DNA of 60,438 nucleotides, filler included, from Platydemus manokwari (GCA_037951405.1; 4 parts of 4 records of this genome joined end to end with filler, not necessarily neighbours in it); one strand, 5' to 3'. Positions 1 through 14,607 are shown, numbered from the whole stretch's first letter. Made by a program: numbers and translations. The notes: generated from the sequence alone by a model not told the origin.

Positions 1-1702
1 TATGTTTAATATAATTAGAACTTCACTTGGAGTTATGGGAATATCGATGTGGGTTTCTTAGAATAACAGCGGTTATTGTAATTCTGCTATTAGATTGTCC
101 CAACAAAAACTAACTCTTTCGACAAATAAGTTGTTCCGTTTTATGCTAAGATAGAAACAGTGAAATATAAATTAGAGTTACGAATGAACTAAATGATAAC
201 AACGGTAAATATATTCTTAAACTGGATTGAATATATTTTAATTCACTACAAAAATTGTCCGATAATTTTATATTGTCAGTTAGACCTTCAAGTAAAGGGC
301 TTGCCGACTTGGTGACCGGACAGGTCTCTCCAGAAAATGACGGTGAGGAAAATTATGATAAGTTTAATGATTGCAAGATTAAAAACTAATAGAGGGTCTA
401 ACGTCATATGACTACAAAAATATGAATAAATTTACTCATTGTCATAAAGTATATTGATTGAAAAAATTTCAAATAATACTCGATAATGATGAAGAATTTT
501 TTGTGCGAAATGTGACTCTACTAATGTGAGTCACATTTATGTGTGTCCCCATGAGTATTGTTTCTATTTTTGGTAATATTGTGCTATAATTAGTAACAAC
601 CGTTTCTATTTATGTTCTTAAGTCTATTTTTGTTAACAAAAGTATTAAAAGTATTTTTATTTTTTAATTTTTTATATTGGTTTTTTGAAAAGTTTGAAAT
701 TTATCAGTTTATAGTTTCTATTTTTTGTAATTTTATTTTTACAATTTATTTTTCACGCATACTCTGTTATCTATGTATATTGTGTTTATCATTTGACTCG
801 GATTGTTCCCATATATAGATACACCGAAGTTTTCTCAATTATTATTACATGTACTTTATTAAATACTGTTGAGTTCAGAATTCCTGGAATATGTTTTCAT
901 TTGAAGCTTTGTAAGTTCAAAATTATAAATAAATTAAAAAATGTTAATATTCATTTTAAAGATCTATTAAAAATTACATCATATTATGTTGTAACGTGGA
1001 CAAATTACTTTGAAGGGTTTAAAATATTTAAGGTAAATGAGAACAAAAAACGAGAATCTAATTCTTATTGAACGAATTATAGGCAATTTCAACAGGTAAT
1101 TCACTTACTAATCGGTTTCATAACCGGTGTGAATAATAAAAATCGGATACGATTTCCAAAACACTTACAATCCAATCGAACTTCAGACCATTTGATTCAA
1201 TATCTATTGATCAATTCATAGCGTTTTGTTACCACATCCGAATTCCATTGACATTGATAAAACAAAAATGATATTGTTATTTGATGTTGTGATTTTATAA
1301 GTAATTGCTTCTAATTTTGGATCGAATTCCAAATCGAATTTTTACGTTTTACAAAGCGAAAACAAATTCTATTTCAAATGAGGTAAATAAATTTCAAAAA
1401 TGATTTCAAATTTTTGATTGGATTTGTAAGTCGAATTAAATTCAATTCAATTAAATTGGTCATATATCAATCCACATTAATTTTCGCTATTAGTGTTCGA
1501 TTGTATAAATCCTGTATGACAAATATCTATGACACGTTCTCAGATATTCTAACCAGAATCAAACCAGGCAAACAAGAAAATTTGTTTACCATAAACATAC
1601 TTCCTGCAATTACACATTTGTTCTGGTTTTATCATTAATAATTTTAATTGTAGAAAACAAAATTGTTTCTTGTTTTAATGATTTGATAATTTTATATTTC
1701 AG

Positions 1703-1832
1703 ATTTTGCGTTGGAGACAAATGTTACTTGTATGGAAACAGAATTCTTTGTGAAGCTGATTATGAAGAGATAATGCTTTATAATAAAATCGCCAGTCAAA
1801 TTCCATTAACTGCTGGTTCTTTCATATTTTAG
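1703..1832 (+). CDS. LMO: Terminal coding exon of a LIM-domain-only (LMO1/3, Beadex-like) gene; upstream exons not found in the window
   Basis: Acceptor tttcAG at 1701-1702, phase 2, then (R)FCVGDKCYLYGNRILCEADYEEIMLYNKIASQIPLTAGSFIF*. This matches the LMO second-LIM C-terminus RFCVGDKFxLxxNxILCxxDYEE. Too short for the ORF track. Confidence 0.85.
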
Positions 1833-4800
1833 TTTCAAGTCCAAGTAAAATGATGTTGTCAGGAATTTCTTCATATATTTACTAGTACATATTATGGTGT
1901 ATAAAGTGTCATGTAAACAGACCTGTTTAAAGAAATATAAATTACAAGACGTTACTCTATTGTGGTTACATTGATGCTTTGAATTCGTGATGCTCATCAT
2001 TTATAAATAAATTTTTTTCATTGCTGAAGTGCTTTCGTTACGCTCTTTGGGAAGAAAAAATATTAAATAATTTTATAAGTATTTGATTTCGTTTTTCGTT
2101 GAAAAGATTTTTATCATGTATAGTATTTAACATATTCGATAATTTCATTCATTGTTTTGTTCCTGGAAATTGGGTTCTGCCAAAAGAAATTTGGTGACGA
2201 AATACATGAAGTCTTAGTAACGGCCGCGATAAGTTGGTTTAACTACAGTTTATGACAATTATAAAATATTAAAATAACACTTGTCTAGAGATATTTGACA
2301 AGGTTGAGACATGAAGTCTTATTTAACGATCTATTTTGAAAAGTTGCTCAATATTCTTTCCTAAAACAATATCCATCGATTAAATTAGTTTTTCGATTTT
2401 TAATCCAATAGAAATATTATTTAGATTATTTATTACAACTTTAATTATATTAAACTATGATGCCGATATAGCATTTCCAAACTAATTTACCACTGAATTC
2501 AAATACCTTGGCATGCAAGAGATTTATCCTTTCTAAGACGAATGTACCAATTGAAGATTAATTTATTATCTGAAGTTTATTCGATAATCACAACAAGAAA
2601 ACATTTATAAATTCAGCCCAACAATATATCATCGCATTGTCAATCGAGTTCTAAACGAGAAAAACCAAACTGATGACGATAAATAATCGAAAAAAAATTT
2701 CTTATTATTATTCAAAATTTTTCGATTTTGCACACGCTTAATTGACAAAGTTTGTTTAGAATTTTTTCAGTTTGCTTCATTTCTCTGTGCTTATCCAGTC
2801 AGGCATGATCCCAGATTGGCGTGTTGTAAAAACTAACATCTATTGTCAAAGAGAATAGCTCATTGAAAAATTAGACAGTTGAAAAGACTTGTACTGTCAA
2901 AACGTTTCATGGTGAGAACAATAGTGTATTATTGGCTTCCAATTTTCAGAATAATGCCCTAATGAAATTCGCATTCATGTACTTTAATTATTATTTTTCC
3001 CCCTATTATCTAATCTGTAGGATAACATATCAATTTTGACATCTCCAATGAATTACCATTGTTATAATCATCAATTGATTATTTATTCCTGTCAAATGAA
3101 GATTAGAATTTAAATGGAACTAGTTTCTTTTATCGATTGGAAATCTTTTATTTAAGAAATCAAAGGGTTAAACGAATTAATTTTTATGATAATAAAGTTG
3201 AGATTTTCAAAGTTAATTTCAGCAATCTTGTGTCTCAAAACTTCTTTTTATTTTGTGTTAGTATTGTCGATATCAATCTTGAGCTGCACCGAACTCTTAA
3301 TGTATTATTATTATTGTAAGCTGCAGATGATTCATTAAATATAAATTAAAAGAGGATTTAAGACGTTCAACCCACAAATTGTATTTCAGGCATAATATGA
3401 AAACAAATTAAACAAATGTAATTTCGATAATTTATCGTTTTCAAAATATGCTGTAAAATTCTGGTTTATAAGCCACAGATTATACGAATAAAAATGTGAC
3501 GTCTTTTAGATACAGCTAAAACGATCTGTACATTATGCGACTAAAAACCTTTTTAATTTCAGATATGGAATCATGAAAATGTTTAAGCAAAATTATAAAA
3601 AAAAATGAAAGCTTATTTATTTACATCACTTCTTTTCAATATCATACTCTTAAAACCCATCAAAGATTTTATTATTAATATCTGTGAAGTTTTCTAGTAA
3701 TTCGATAATATCAATAATATCTGAAAAATTTGGACCTTAATCTTTTATTTATATTTCATCTTCTTATAAATATGACAAGTATTCACCTTACCTAGAGTCT
3801 ATCGAACATTTTCCAACCTGAAAGTTTACATTTCGGATTTAAGACATGCAATAAAATTCATTGACATACTTCAAGTGATTTTTTCTCGATTTAATTTTCA
3901 TCCAACTATTTTTTATGGTCTTTTTATGTTAGTCTTAAATATTTATCATTTTATTTTAGATAACTAAATTATTTCGTTTAGATTATTGGCCTTTATGTTT
4001 ATTATACAAATGGTCTATTCATTTCTTTGAAGATTTTAAAACGATTCCATTATAAATAAATAATATATAATTTGAATAAACCCATGAGAGAATTTTTTAT
4101 AAATAAACTGAAATTGAATTGTAGTTTACTTTTTTTTTAATTTAAATTAAAATTTGAGAAATTAAATTCGAATTTTATCTATCAAAAGCTTTCATTATAA
4201 TAATATCTTTATTTTTCATTTGAAGAATTTAAAATTTAAAGATAATTTAAAATTCCAAATTCACTTCGTATTTGTGAATTTCTTAATTTCCGTCCAAAGT
4301 ATTGTGGTATGATTTTAGCAAATCATCTTTAATGAGTTGGCCATTCTTATAAAGAATCCAACAATTATTTTTTCAGTAATATGATTAACTTATAAAATTA
4401 ATTAGGATTATCATCATATTATAATCATATTATGCACAGAACATAGCAGTCTCGAGTCATGGTTGTAAATTGTCAGCATCTTTCTACATTCATAATATAA
4501 GATATCTATTTTTAAAAATATTCCTGAATACTTAAACTTACTGTAAGCCCCAAAAACTAATTCCAGAAGTTATTCCGTATTGGAACTAATAACAATTGAA
4601 AGTCAAATAATTATCGTATAGATTATTGGATTTTAAATGGTTATAAATAATTAATTATACGGTTTAAATAATCACGTTTGTAATACATTCACAACATTTA
4701 ATTTCAATTCTATTTTTAAATCAAAAGATACCATTGTATTATGATATTTTATTAGATGAATCTGGCGTTATTTATTTATCAAAAAATAAAATTCAATATT

Positions 4801-7800
4801 TCGTAAACAAACAAATATCCTCAATAGCTATGGTCGTCATTTTGGTGTGGATGGGTGGAAAATTTATCGAGTTGTAACTGTATTAATTAAATATTTAAAA
4901 ATTTTCTACTACAATTTCCAAAACACAATTGGCACGTTTTCTTGACATTTCGTTCACATTTTATCAAAAACAGAACTACTCTAATACAGTACCTACTAAA
5001 CAATAACAATATGCAAAGCTCCATATTTAAATAAACTAATTGCATTATTTCCTCTGCATTAGTTTCATGTTGTGAATAAATGGAATTTTTAATGTTTCTA
5101 AATATTCATGTTCCAAATAGAGTTTCGGGTAAAAATACTGATTGGAATTGTTGAGAGTATATTAAATAGTACCGAAAAAAATAGAAAATCACCACATCGA
5201 CGATATTCGAAAGCATCGGTTGTTGAAATTTTGTTTGGAATAAATGAGTCACATTTCCGTCCATTGCTATGTAGTGATTTCAGTCCATGAGAATCTTACA
5301 TAATCGAATTAACAACAATAACTCAATAATTGTTACTTTTCAAAATTCACAGGTTTCGCTGGTATTTGTATTAATGTCTGTGGATTATAATCGAATAATG
5401 TATTGGACTTATATTTGTAGCAAGTGACAATTTGTTACAATATTATTGGTTTTTCCCGGACAAATCTTTCTTGATCTCTATTTGAGATATTTGAATTGCT
5501 GACTCAACTCAGAATCAATCATTTTCAATAAAGCAGAAGGCTTACCATTAACCAAATTATCATATTAACATGCTACCAACTGAGACTCGGTATAAGTTAT
5601 TATACACTCGCTATTATACACAGCATTTGTAAGCCATAAATTTAAGATGGAAATTAAGTATAAGTATTTCTTTTCAGTTAAATATTCATATATGTATCAA
5701 GATGTTCTTATATTTATGTAGCCGATAATTGTATGTTTTTAAAATATACGATATTAAATTCTTTAATTATCGATTCTCATGGAGTTACATCGGAAATTTT
5801 CCATTTGATAGAAATCAGAACATTTTGCCCTACATAGTCACAGTGTTATAAAAGAAGAATGTTATAACCTTTTGATAACATTGATAACTTTTTTAAAACT
5901 TTTTTTCACAATATTGTTTTATTGGAGTGATAAATTCGTAGCCAATTTTTAAATTACGGTATCAAAGTTTGATTACTGTGCGACATAGTATACACTGTTA
6001 GAGGATAAAGTAAAATGCAACTCGAAAATAATCATAACGAGTATAAAAGAAATAGTAATAATTAAAAAATAACTCTGAGGAAATAGTTGTTGGTTCGGAG
6101 TTGGTGAACTCCAAGTTTTGTATATCACTCATTAAAATAACCAGCCTTTTGGTCAACTCTTTGCTTTGCAAAAACCTATAATATTTTACAAAGTACCATG
6201 TCTAAACAGTATTATTAACAGAAATAAATAGCCAATTATATTATTGCTAAACAGCAATTTTAATTTAAATCATTTAGAGTTATTTAATTCAATTTTAGTA
6301 TTGAAAATCTTACTTAATATTAATATTATCAGCATAAGTAGAAAATTCGTAAATGGTACAAATTTGCTTTAGGAACGAGCCAAGATCTCTCTAATATTTA
6401 GAGCAGGAATTGTCAGATAATTCCCCAGTTCTAGCTATTGAATACCGATTCATTTGACAGAAATTTATTTATTTCTGACAGTTAAATTGTTGTAGTATAT
6501 TTTCCACTGAGATCTTCGGATTAATAAATCAATTATTTGTTTAAATTTATTCAGATCTTGAACAAAAATCCGTGCATTGTATCGGTTTGAACATTATATT
6601 CTTATTCGAAATGGGAGGAAAAAAATAATTTACAAAACATAATTATATTACATGAGATATTTTAAAAACAAAAACTGAAACCAGCTGCAGAATTACCAGA
6701 GGGGTGAGATAAAATGCAACTCATTCAATGATAATTAAAAATTCTTGAAAAATATCTCCTATGAAAAATTGTGTCAAACAAATGTATCATTATCAATTAT
6801 TTTTAATTAAAATAAAATAATTATACTTTTTTTAAAGTTTTTAATTTGATATTGAGCACGTTGGACATGTCTCTGAGTGTTGGGTGGTTTCACGATGCTT
6901 ATATGGGAGGTATATAATTTATACATGAAATATAAAGTGGCATTTTTGAATATAAATTGAAAACGGTTTCAATAGCTTGCAATTAAACCGATTTTGTTCC
7001 TGTTGTTTGTCTAGAAGTATTTGTATTTTTATTTAAATTTATATACTATCTCATTTCTAGAATTCATTCAAATTTTCTTTAATAATTTTAAGTATGAAAT
7101 TAATTTGGTCTAATGATCAGTTGTTTGATTAAATATCACATAGGTCATGTTGTTAATCCCATCGGAAACCACATCACACATCGTAACGATCGACGGACGA
7201 CTATCACAATAAAGAAAATAAAAAAGTCACTTACAAGGTACAAAAACTATTCTCAATTAGAAAACGCATTAATTTTTATACTTTTCACATGTTGATGGTG
7301 CCTACTTATAATTGGCTCCACAAGATCCTTACTAAGCTTCAAATAGAATAAAATTTATAGAGAAAAACAATATTTATTTCAAGTAATACAAAATAATTCT
7401 TATCAGCACTTATAATCCTTTAAACTAGTGACCTAATGCGTACAATCATAGCACACCACATAACAAAATCATGTCCGATAATAAATATAATTTTTTTAAT
7501 CTATCATTAATAATTAATTATAGTCAATTAATTATTAAATAATTATAACAATTAATTATAATTATTACATTATTGTAATCAATTTAAATTTTATGTTATC
7601 TCAATGAACTGCAATCATTAATCAAAATCGTAGCCTAGTTTCCAAGAAGATTGGGATTATTTTACTAGAAATTCGATAGGAATCATTAGCTCTAGCCTGA
7701 GAGCATTAATGGTTTAAAATTTGTTGCTTTTCAGGGGTTATTGAAAATTTAGGCCGTTAGAGAAAAAATCCGGATTTCAGATTATTTGATTTATTATTGG

Positions 7801-8335
7801 TTCATTAATTTTTAGCAATTACGTGAAAAAATTAATTAACTAATCTCAAAAGTTTCTTCGGTCTTATATTGGGTCGAAAATAGAATCTTTTTTGACACTT
7901 CTGAAACATCGATAAGGCAAAGATTACTTTTATCTTTATTTATTTTTTAATAACCTTACAGTCAGAAATTACCTTTAAATTATCTAGCTTCTTTTATGTT
8001 TTTTTGATCCATTTCGGTTTTGTATTTGACAGTCACCTTCAAAATAAAATAATGATCTAAATTTGATAACTATTGTCCAAATGTGGGATATATTTTTCAC
8101 TTCAAATTATTTTTGAATTAGTTAATTAATATTTATCACTAAACCAGCTCACATAATCCTCTCAAGGTTCAAATCGATTGTCTCGCCATTTTGATTTTTT
8201 TTAATTCGAATGGCGATACACTTGATTGAGTCTTCCCATTTAATATTTTATATTTATGATGTTTCACGTTGAAAGTAAACATTGTCATCAACAAATAACT
8301 AATTTACAATAAAAATACAACAATGAAGTGTTCTG

Positions 8336-8822
8336 GTTACTCCCGCCGTTAACCAGCTCTTAGTTGAATATCTTCACATTGACATTTATGGCACTGGACA
8401 GAAATCACGTTTCGTCAAAGCCGTTCACCAGCCATCCAAATGCTTTGTTTAAATTAAGCAGTCGGATTCCACTAGTCGATGCCAGTTCTAGGTGGACCGT
8501 TAGTTGTATAACGATGAATCACAAATCCGAAGACTTGCAAATCATGGGCAAACTCGTCCATTAATCGATTCTAAAGAGTCCCATTTCAATTACGAAATCG
8601 ATTAAAATTTCACAATCAAAACGGCTACCAACTAATTCAATCGATGTCTTAATTAAGCCTATCATACTTGGTCCCTAGAGCCATTTCCTTTAATCGAAAA
8701 CACGGATCTAATTCTCCGATTCCCCTTATCTACATTGTTATAAGACTATAGACTGCTCGCTTTGGAGACCTGCAGCTGATATCGGTACGGCTCCCTTAGA
8801 TTTTCAAAGGCCATCAAAGGGG
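8336..8822 (-). pseudogene. 28S rRNA: Dispersed, diverged 28S rRNA fragment (conserved core around D8, ending just short of the R2 target site)
   Basis: Reverse complement contains degenerate LSU core motifs: CCGTACCGATATCAGCTGCAGGTCTCCAAAG, TAGAACTGGC...GGAATCCGACTGCTTAATTTAAACAAAGCAT, GTGATTTCTGTCCAGTGCC, AACGGCGGGAGTAAC. It has many substitutions and a ~20-nt deletion before CCGTACC, and the flanks are not rDNA. Confidence 0.9.
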
Positions 8823-9324
8823 CTTTCTAACTATATAATTATATAATCTATAATTACATTAATTGTTTATCTTCATTAATTAATTTATATTTTTTAAATT
8901 TATAAAAGTAGTTATTTATCATTCCCAAGTTTATGATTAATTGTTTTTCTATTGATTTATTGATTAAATTTTAATAAAATCGATTTATTGATATTAAATC
9001 AGTTATTGTAAAAAATAATCTATAATTATGTTTAATACAGACAAAGCAACCTATAATAAGAATCCATATAAACAAATAATGACAATTATGGCATCATCTG
9101 CAGACAGCTAATTATATCGTAGAGTTAAATCATTTATCAGAGATTATTAGTATTTAACACATTCAATCTCTTTTCTTGGTTGAGTCAATTTTAAGAAAAC
9201 CTGTTAAATGGCGAAAATAATGTTAATATTGACAATGAAATTCCTTTTCTGATAAATCATAAATATGAGAATATTATAATTCAGCCTCATTCCAGTTGTA
9301 TAATCACAACAATGCTGGTGAATA

Positions 9325-10400
9325 TTAATCATCCCATGTTATTTTAGCAATCCATGTTGACATTTTTGTAGAACATTATCGAATTTTCGATGTAAAATCG
9401 TGTTTTTCGATGGAGAACATTTGAGATTTTTTTGTTGGAAATTTTCTTTGATAAATATGAAAATTTTAAACGAATTTGTTTTGATAATTCTCGATTTTCC
9501 TCGCAATACAATTAATGTCTCCATTATTCCTTCTATTTTCATTTGTGATTATCATGTAAGGAACATGAAGTGTTATTGTGTTGTTATTGATAATTAGACG
9601 TATGATTGTGAACATAATTGAGGACGCGGAAAGGAAATAACATTTGTCCCCAAAGGCATTTATTGGGATTATGGCTTCAAAGTGATTAAGATATGTAATG
9701 ACGATAGGAATCATTTAATAATCTCATAATAAGTTCAAGAATTTGTTTGACTCGTATTTCCATTATTGTGGGTCTTGTACAAGAGAAATTTCCATTAATA
9801 ATCTATGGAATATATAAAAAAACTTTATGGCAATGACAATAAATCAATAGGAAACCATTTTGAGTAGAAAACCGTGTATAAATAGCCCACGAATGCAGAA
9901 GATAAATCCAGAGTAAATATTTTCTGATTAATCACGGGAGTCAAATCAATGAAATTCATCAGATTTTTTCTCTCAAAGTAACCACCAGTGAAAGTGATCC
10001 AATACAAGTATCCATCATTTCAGCTTTATCGATAAAGCAGGTGGGTTTTCATATATTTGAATGTTGATGTCAGTATTCACCGATCATACGAATCCATTTT
10101 ATTTCCTCATTTTCCAAATTCAATAAAATTTCTTGAAATAAGACATAATTACAATTCCTTTGCACAACCGAACATGGTCGGGTGGCAGTGGTTCTCGACG
10201 ATGTATTATACATACACAGTAACTTATAAGCAAACCAATAATATATATTGAACATTCGATATTGATTCTTATTTTATTGTAAGTCAATAAAAGTTTATCG
10301 AATTTTTTAAATAATCTAAATTTTGTTCTTTTTAATTCAAAGATTTAACAGATATTGTCGACAATTAATTGTTTATAAATATTCTATATTTGGCTATCAT
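9325..10400 (-). pseudogene. Decayed copy A of an unidentified gene family (paralogous to 55400-56516)
   Basis: Manual minus-strand translation across stops and frameshifts gives six blocks that align in order with the 55.4-56.5 kb locus (see findings). Includes ORF-track pieces 9825..10007 and 9466..9714. Confidence 0.55.
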
Positions 10401-13400
10401 CCAAACCTATCATGAATTCAAATAGAAAGGCCATATAAAATTCACAAATCACTAAAATAATATATGGTTAACGTAACTTCATCAAACCAAGTTAAAATTT
10501 ATAATGTCCCGAAATGAGGACAACCTTAATTATGCGGTGCCAGCATAAATAGCAATATATGTCGACAAGAATAAAGATAAAGGCAAAAATAGAAACTGAT
10601 TCTATACCTTCGACCGTATTCACAACCATTTTGTTTTATTGAATCCATAAGACTCCACTTCAAGTCTCACTCTTCTTTTTTTAACAAACAGAACTTTCTA
10701 GCAAGGTAAAAATCGATGACAAACAAAGAAATACCAGCAACAAGTTACACTTCATAAATACAATCAGGTATCAATAGAATAAATCAACAGAAGACGTCCA
10801 ATGATCCGTTTAACTCTAAAATAGATCATAAAAAATGACTACTGTGTGATGCGATCATAAGTGTGCTGTTCGCAAATTGAACAATCACTGGTTGGAACTG
10901 ATGGCACCCAACTCTAATGAAAAACAAGTTCAATGAAGAATATTAGTTTAGAAAGTTGGCTTATAATATTCGGTTTGATCTTTGCCGTGTCGTCTAATTA
11001 GTCATTAATCCTCTTAACAACGTAAACTATAAATTTACTTATCAATTTATTTTTCCTTCGGAAGAATGGATTAAATTAATTTTGTAGAGTTTTTGAATTA
11101 GTGAAGATCTTCGTAGTGACTTTTATATGTTTGTGCTTGAGATTGTGTAACCTATCTGGTAATTATTTGGTGTAAGTTTCTGATTTCTGTGACCCTACTT
11201 ATACCTATTCAGTGTTGACTGTTTATTTGATCTTTGCCCTTTTGTTTATTTTTATCTCATGATTATGCGTGTTTCGAAGTGTTTGTCACAAAAAAGTTTT
11301 AAGTTGTCAAAATAACCTTAAAATCATGATTTAATTATGGGTAGAAGTGTTAAATAATTAGATCAACCTTAAAATAATTTAGTCATTATTAAGTCATCAT
11401 TATCCATTATTAGTGCTTGTTTTCGTAACGATTTGATTAATAATAATATTTTATTATATAACTAGTGAGATGTGTTGAATTGATTTAATTTACTTTGTAT
11501 AGTTGCGCCTTATCTAATTTATCGTTGTTTAGCCAGCACATCAGTCAAAATAAGAGTTAATTTGTTTAAAAACTTTGGATCACTTCAACCTCTAATTACT
11601 GTTGATAACATTTGCTCAATATATTCAATAATCAATATTATAATTTTATTGATTATATTAAAAATTGATGTCAATTAATATTGACATTACTAACAGTTGT
11701 ATAAAAATCAATTGATAACTTTGATTTTTATTTGTATTTTCCTGTTGCTTATGTGTAATTTTTATGTGATTTTTTAATATTCCAGTCCTCATTATTAATA
11801 TTGGAATATTAATTGTATAACTACAATGCTTATAAATTTGGAGTTCGATAAGTTGCCTATATAAGCTTAGCAACAAACTGACTACGAAAACCTCCGATTG
11901 AACCTTGGCGCAATCTGTAATGAGTATAGAATATTACATGTAATATACCTGTGGATTTTCTTAATTGATTTATTTTCAAAATTTTTTGGCTTACATGCTG
12001 ACTCTTCAGGTAAAGAAGTCAACCAACTAGTTGGAAAGATATGTAATGGAAAACTGTGATTGATAACTTGGTGATGGAATTAAACAAATCAACAATACCT
12101 ATGATAGGCGATTTACTCGTAAATTAATATGAAACCGTTAGACTAGATTTTCGATATTTCCACCAATATCTAATCCCTAACAGATTATTGGGCTGTGTGT
12201 TTAATGAAGACACAGTATTCCTCTTCCTAACCGCCACAGTTTTAGGATGATAAAAAACAAAAAGTCCATTTGATTGTTCTTTATTATTTTTCTTATAAAA
12301 AACTCCTCTTAACCAACACGTTTTTCCAATTCCCCGAAAGTGGTGATTAGGAGGAGGAAAATTTGAGAAAAAACAATAAAAATTCAATAAAATATGAATT
12401 AACAAATGAGTAATGCTGAAGTTTATACCTGAAAACTATAGTGACCTGAAGAATACATTAAACAACTGCAGTGGGAACTACGTGCCTCCCTGATAGGATG
12501 AAAACCATGGAAGCTGACTTTAGAAGGAACAACAAATTATATCGACTTTGTAATTAATTTATTATAGGTTTACAATTAATCCCTTATGGAGATTGATAGA
12601 AATTTAAATTGCATGGAAACAATTGAAGTTACCATGATAAAAAGATTGACACGGAAAATTAACTAAATCCATCAATAAGCCCATAAAAAGCAATCCGAAA
12701 AGGAATTTCTCTGTAGAAGGAAGTCCTTTAATAATGCGTAATTCGTATGGTAAAATTCATTAATGATTAGCTATTCGTAGTATGAACGATTACAATCGGT
12801 TAACTGTCGAGGTTTATCGTGAACAGACTAAATGTCTGAACCTTTAGTGCTTCGATTTATTTGCAAAATTTATATTTACCTCGTTATATTTACAGTTTCA
12901 TTTGTAAACCGATAGTTAATGATGATTTATATTTGAATTACAAACTACCATGCCTTCACCTTAATTTGTCATGACAACACGTGTAAATAAATTATGGTTA
13001 CCTAGTACATGCTCTGGGTTCCAAGAAAAATATCATAACCTTCAGATATTGAAGTATATCCAGTGGCAGAGTGCAATTATTAAATAACACGTGATTGTTA
13101 TGCATAGCTTTACTAACTTTATATTAGATTAATATATATTCCATATTCAATGATAGGTCTTAATTTTTATTTAGTTAAAGAGTAGCATTGGTTCAACTTA
13201 GAGATTTCGAAATCGACAATAAATCGAAATCTATTTGAGAACATTAATATAATAACATGATCTAAAAATATTTTTCATTATTAAAGACGCAAACTGAATA
13301 AAACCAAAGAATTTATTAGTGAGACAAAATACAGTCAATGTGATATTGTTATTCATTGCCAAATTGAGAAAATTTTAAAAGGAAATCTCCATTAAATGTC

Positions 13401-13651
13401 TGTTGAATAGAAAAATACAATTTTGTCAACTTTTGAGTTTGTCTTCATTAGCTTCGTACGTGGGTTTTCCACGAAGTTCGAGATCCATTAGACAATGATT
13501 CCAGATAAGCACGTTCTTGGTTTAAGAATTCTCGATCCTGTGGAGAAAATATTAAAAATCAAAAATAAAAAAAAATATGACAGAACTATCAACAATATTG
13601 AATTAAAAGGAGAATTTAACAAAATCGTGTTATTCGATTTTGATAAAGAAT

Positions 13652-13664
13652 ACACACGCGCACG

Positions 13665-13707
<43 letters not shown>

Positions 13708-13722
13708 CTCTGTGTGTGTGTG
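13652..13722. repeat. Compound microsatellite (CA)n-(TA)n-(TG)n
   Basis: acacacgcgcacgcacacac...tatatata...ctctgtgtgtgtgtg read directly. Confidence 0.9.
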
Positions 13723-13850
13723 TTAATGATAATTGATATTTTTTTCATTTTATTACAAAATTCCATTTAATCGATGAAATTCAATCTTAATAATAGAAAA
13801 TTAATATAGAATTGTGATTGATTTCAAACTATTAAGTCAATTTGTGCCAC

Positions 13851-13950
13851 NNNNNNNNNNNNNNNNNNNNNNNNNNNNNNNNNNNNNNNNNNNNTTAATT
13901 AATTAANNNNNNNNNNNNNNNNNNNNNNNNNNNNNNNNNNNNNNNNNNNN
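13851..13950. other. Artificial contig spacer N44-TTAATTAATTAA-N44
   Basis: Exactly 100 nt; the 12-mer places stop codons in all six frames; identical to the other two gaps. Confidence 0.97.

Positions 13951-14003
<53 letters not shown>
13951..14003. repeat. (TAA)n microsatellite at contig start
   Basis: Pure taataataa... run directly after the spacer. Confidence 0.95.
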
Positions 14004-14007
<4 letters not shown>

Positions 14008-14607
14008 TTAATCCATAAGCTACATATTTTTATTTTGTTTTGTGTATTATTGGATAATTTGTAACCAATCAGATTAATTTACCATAATCGATACCCATGT
14101 TTTATTTTCTGAAATATTTAAAATCAATTTTCAATATTAAATTTATTATTGATTCTTGTCAATATTTATATGCTTACAGTATTATCATATATTTTGTTTA
14201 AATCAATAAAACATTGCAATTTATTTTGTAATTTATTAGAGCATTTAATGCTGGTCCATCATTATATTTCTAATGTTCAATGGCATCGACACATGTTTAT
14301 GCTGTTACATAATCTTTATATTTGATTATCCTTTCTTTTATTTCAATGCCTTCCAGTTCTCGAATCTTAATATTTATTGATTTAACTGATAAATCGTATT
14401 TTATATAAAAGACATTCAATTCGTTATTCAGGAGAGTTTGACGACTTATTGAGTAGTGAATATCTGGAACCGATCAAAAAATGAGCCTGCCTCACATAAT
14501 GATGATGACGACATTTTGAAAAATATTTCTCCAATATTGTGATAGATGTTTGAGTGTGTGTAAATGATAATCAGAAATATATATATTTATTCATGTATCT
14601 CATTTCA

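Noticed and set aside
9825-10110. Weak resemblance to a GH47 mannosidase segment (GNKMDSY...KTHLL)
   Set aside because: Short, interrupted by stops, and better explained by collinearity with the 55-56 kb locus.
11880-12950. Possible gag-like remnant
   Set aside because: No zinc knuckle, protease or other diagnostic motif found.
13215-13240. ATCGAAATCTAT, resembling part of a planarian spliced-leader exon
   Set aside because: Only about 12 nt in AT-rich DNA, with no downstream donor or Sm site.
13895-13906. TTAATTAATTAA motif recurring three times
   Set aside because: Synthetic six-frame-stop linker centred in N runs; not biological.
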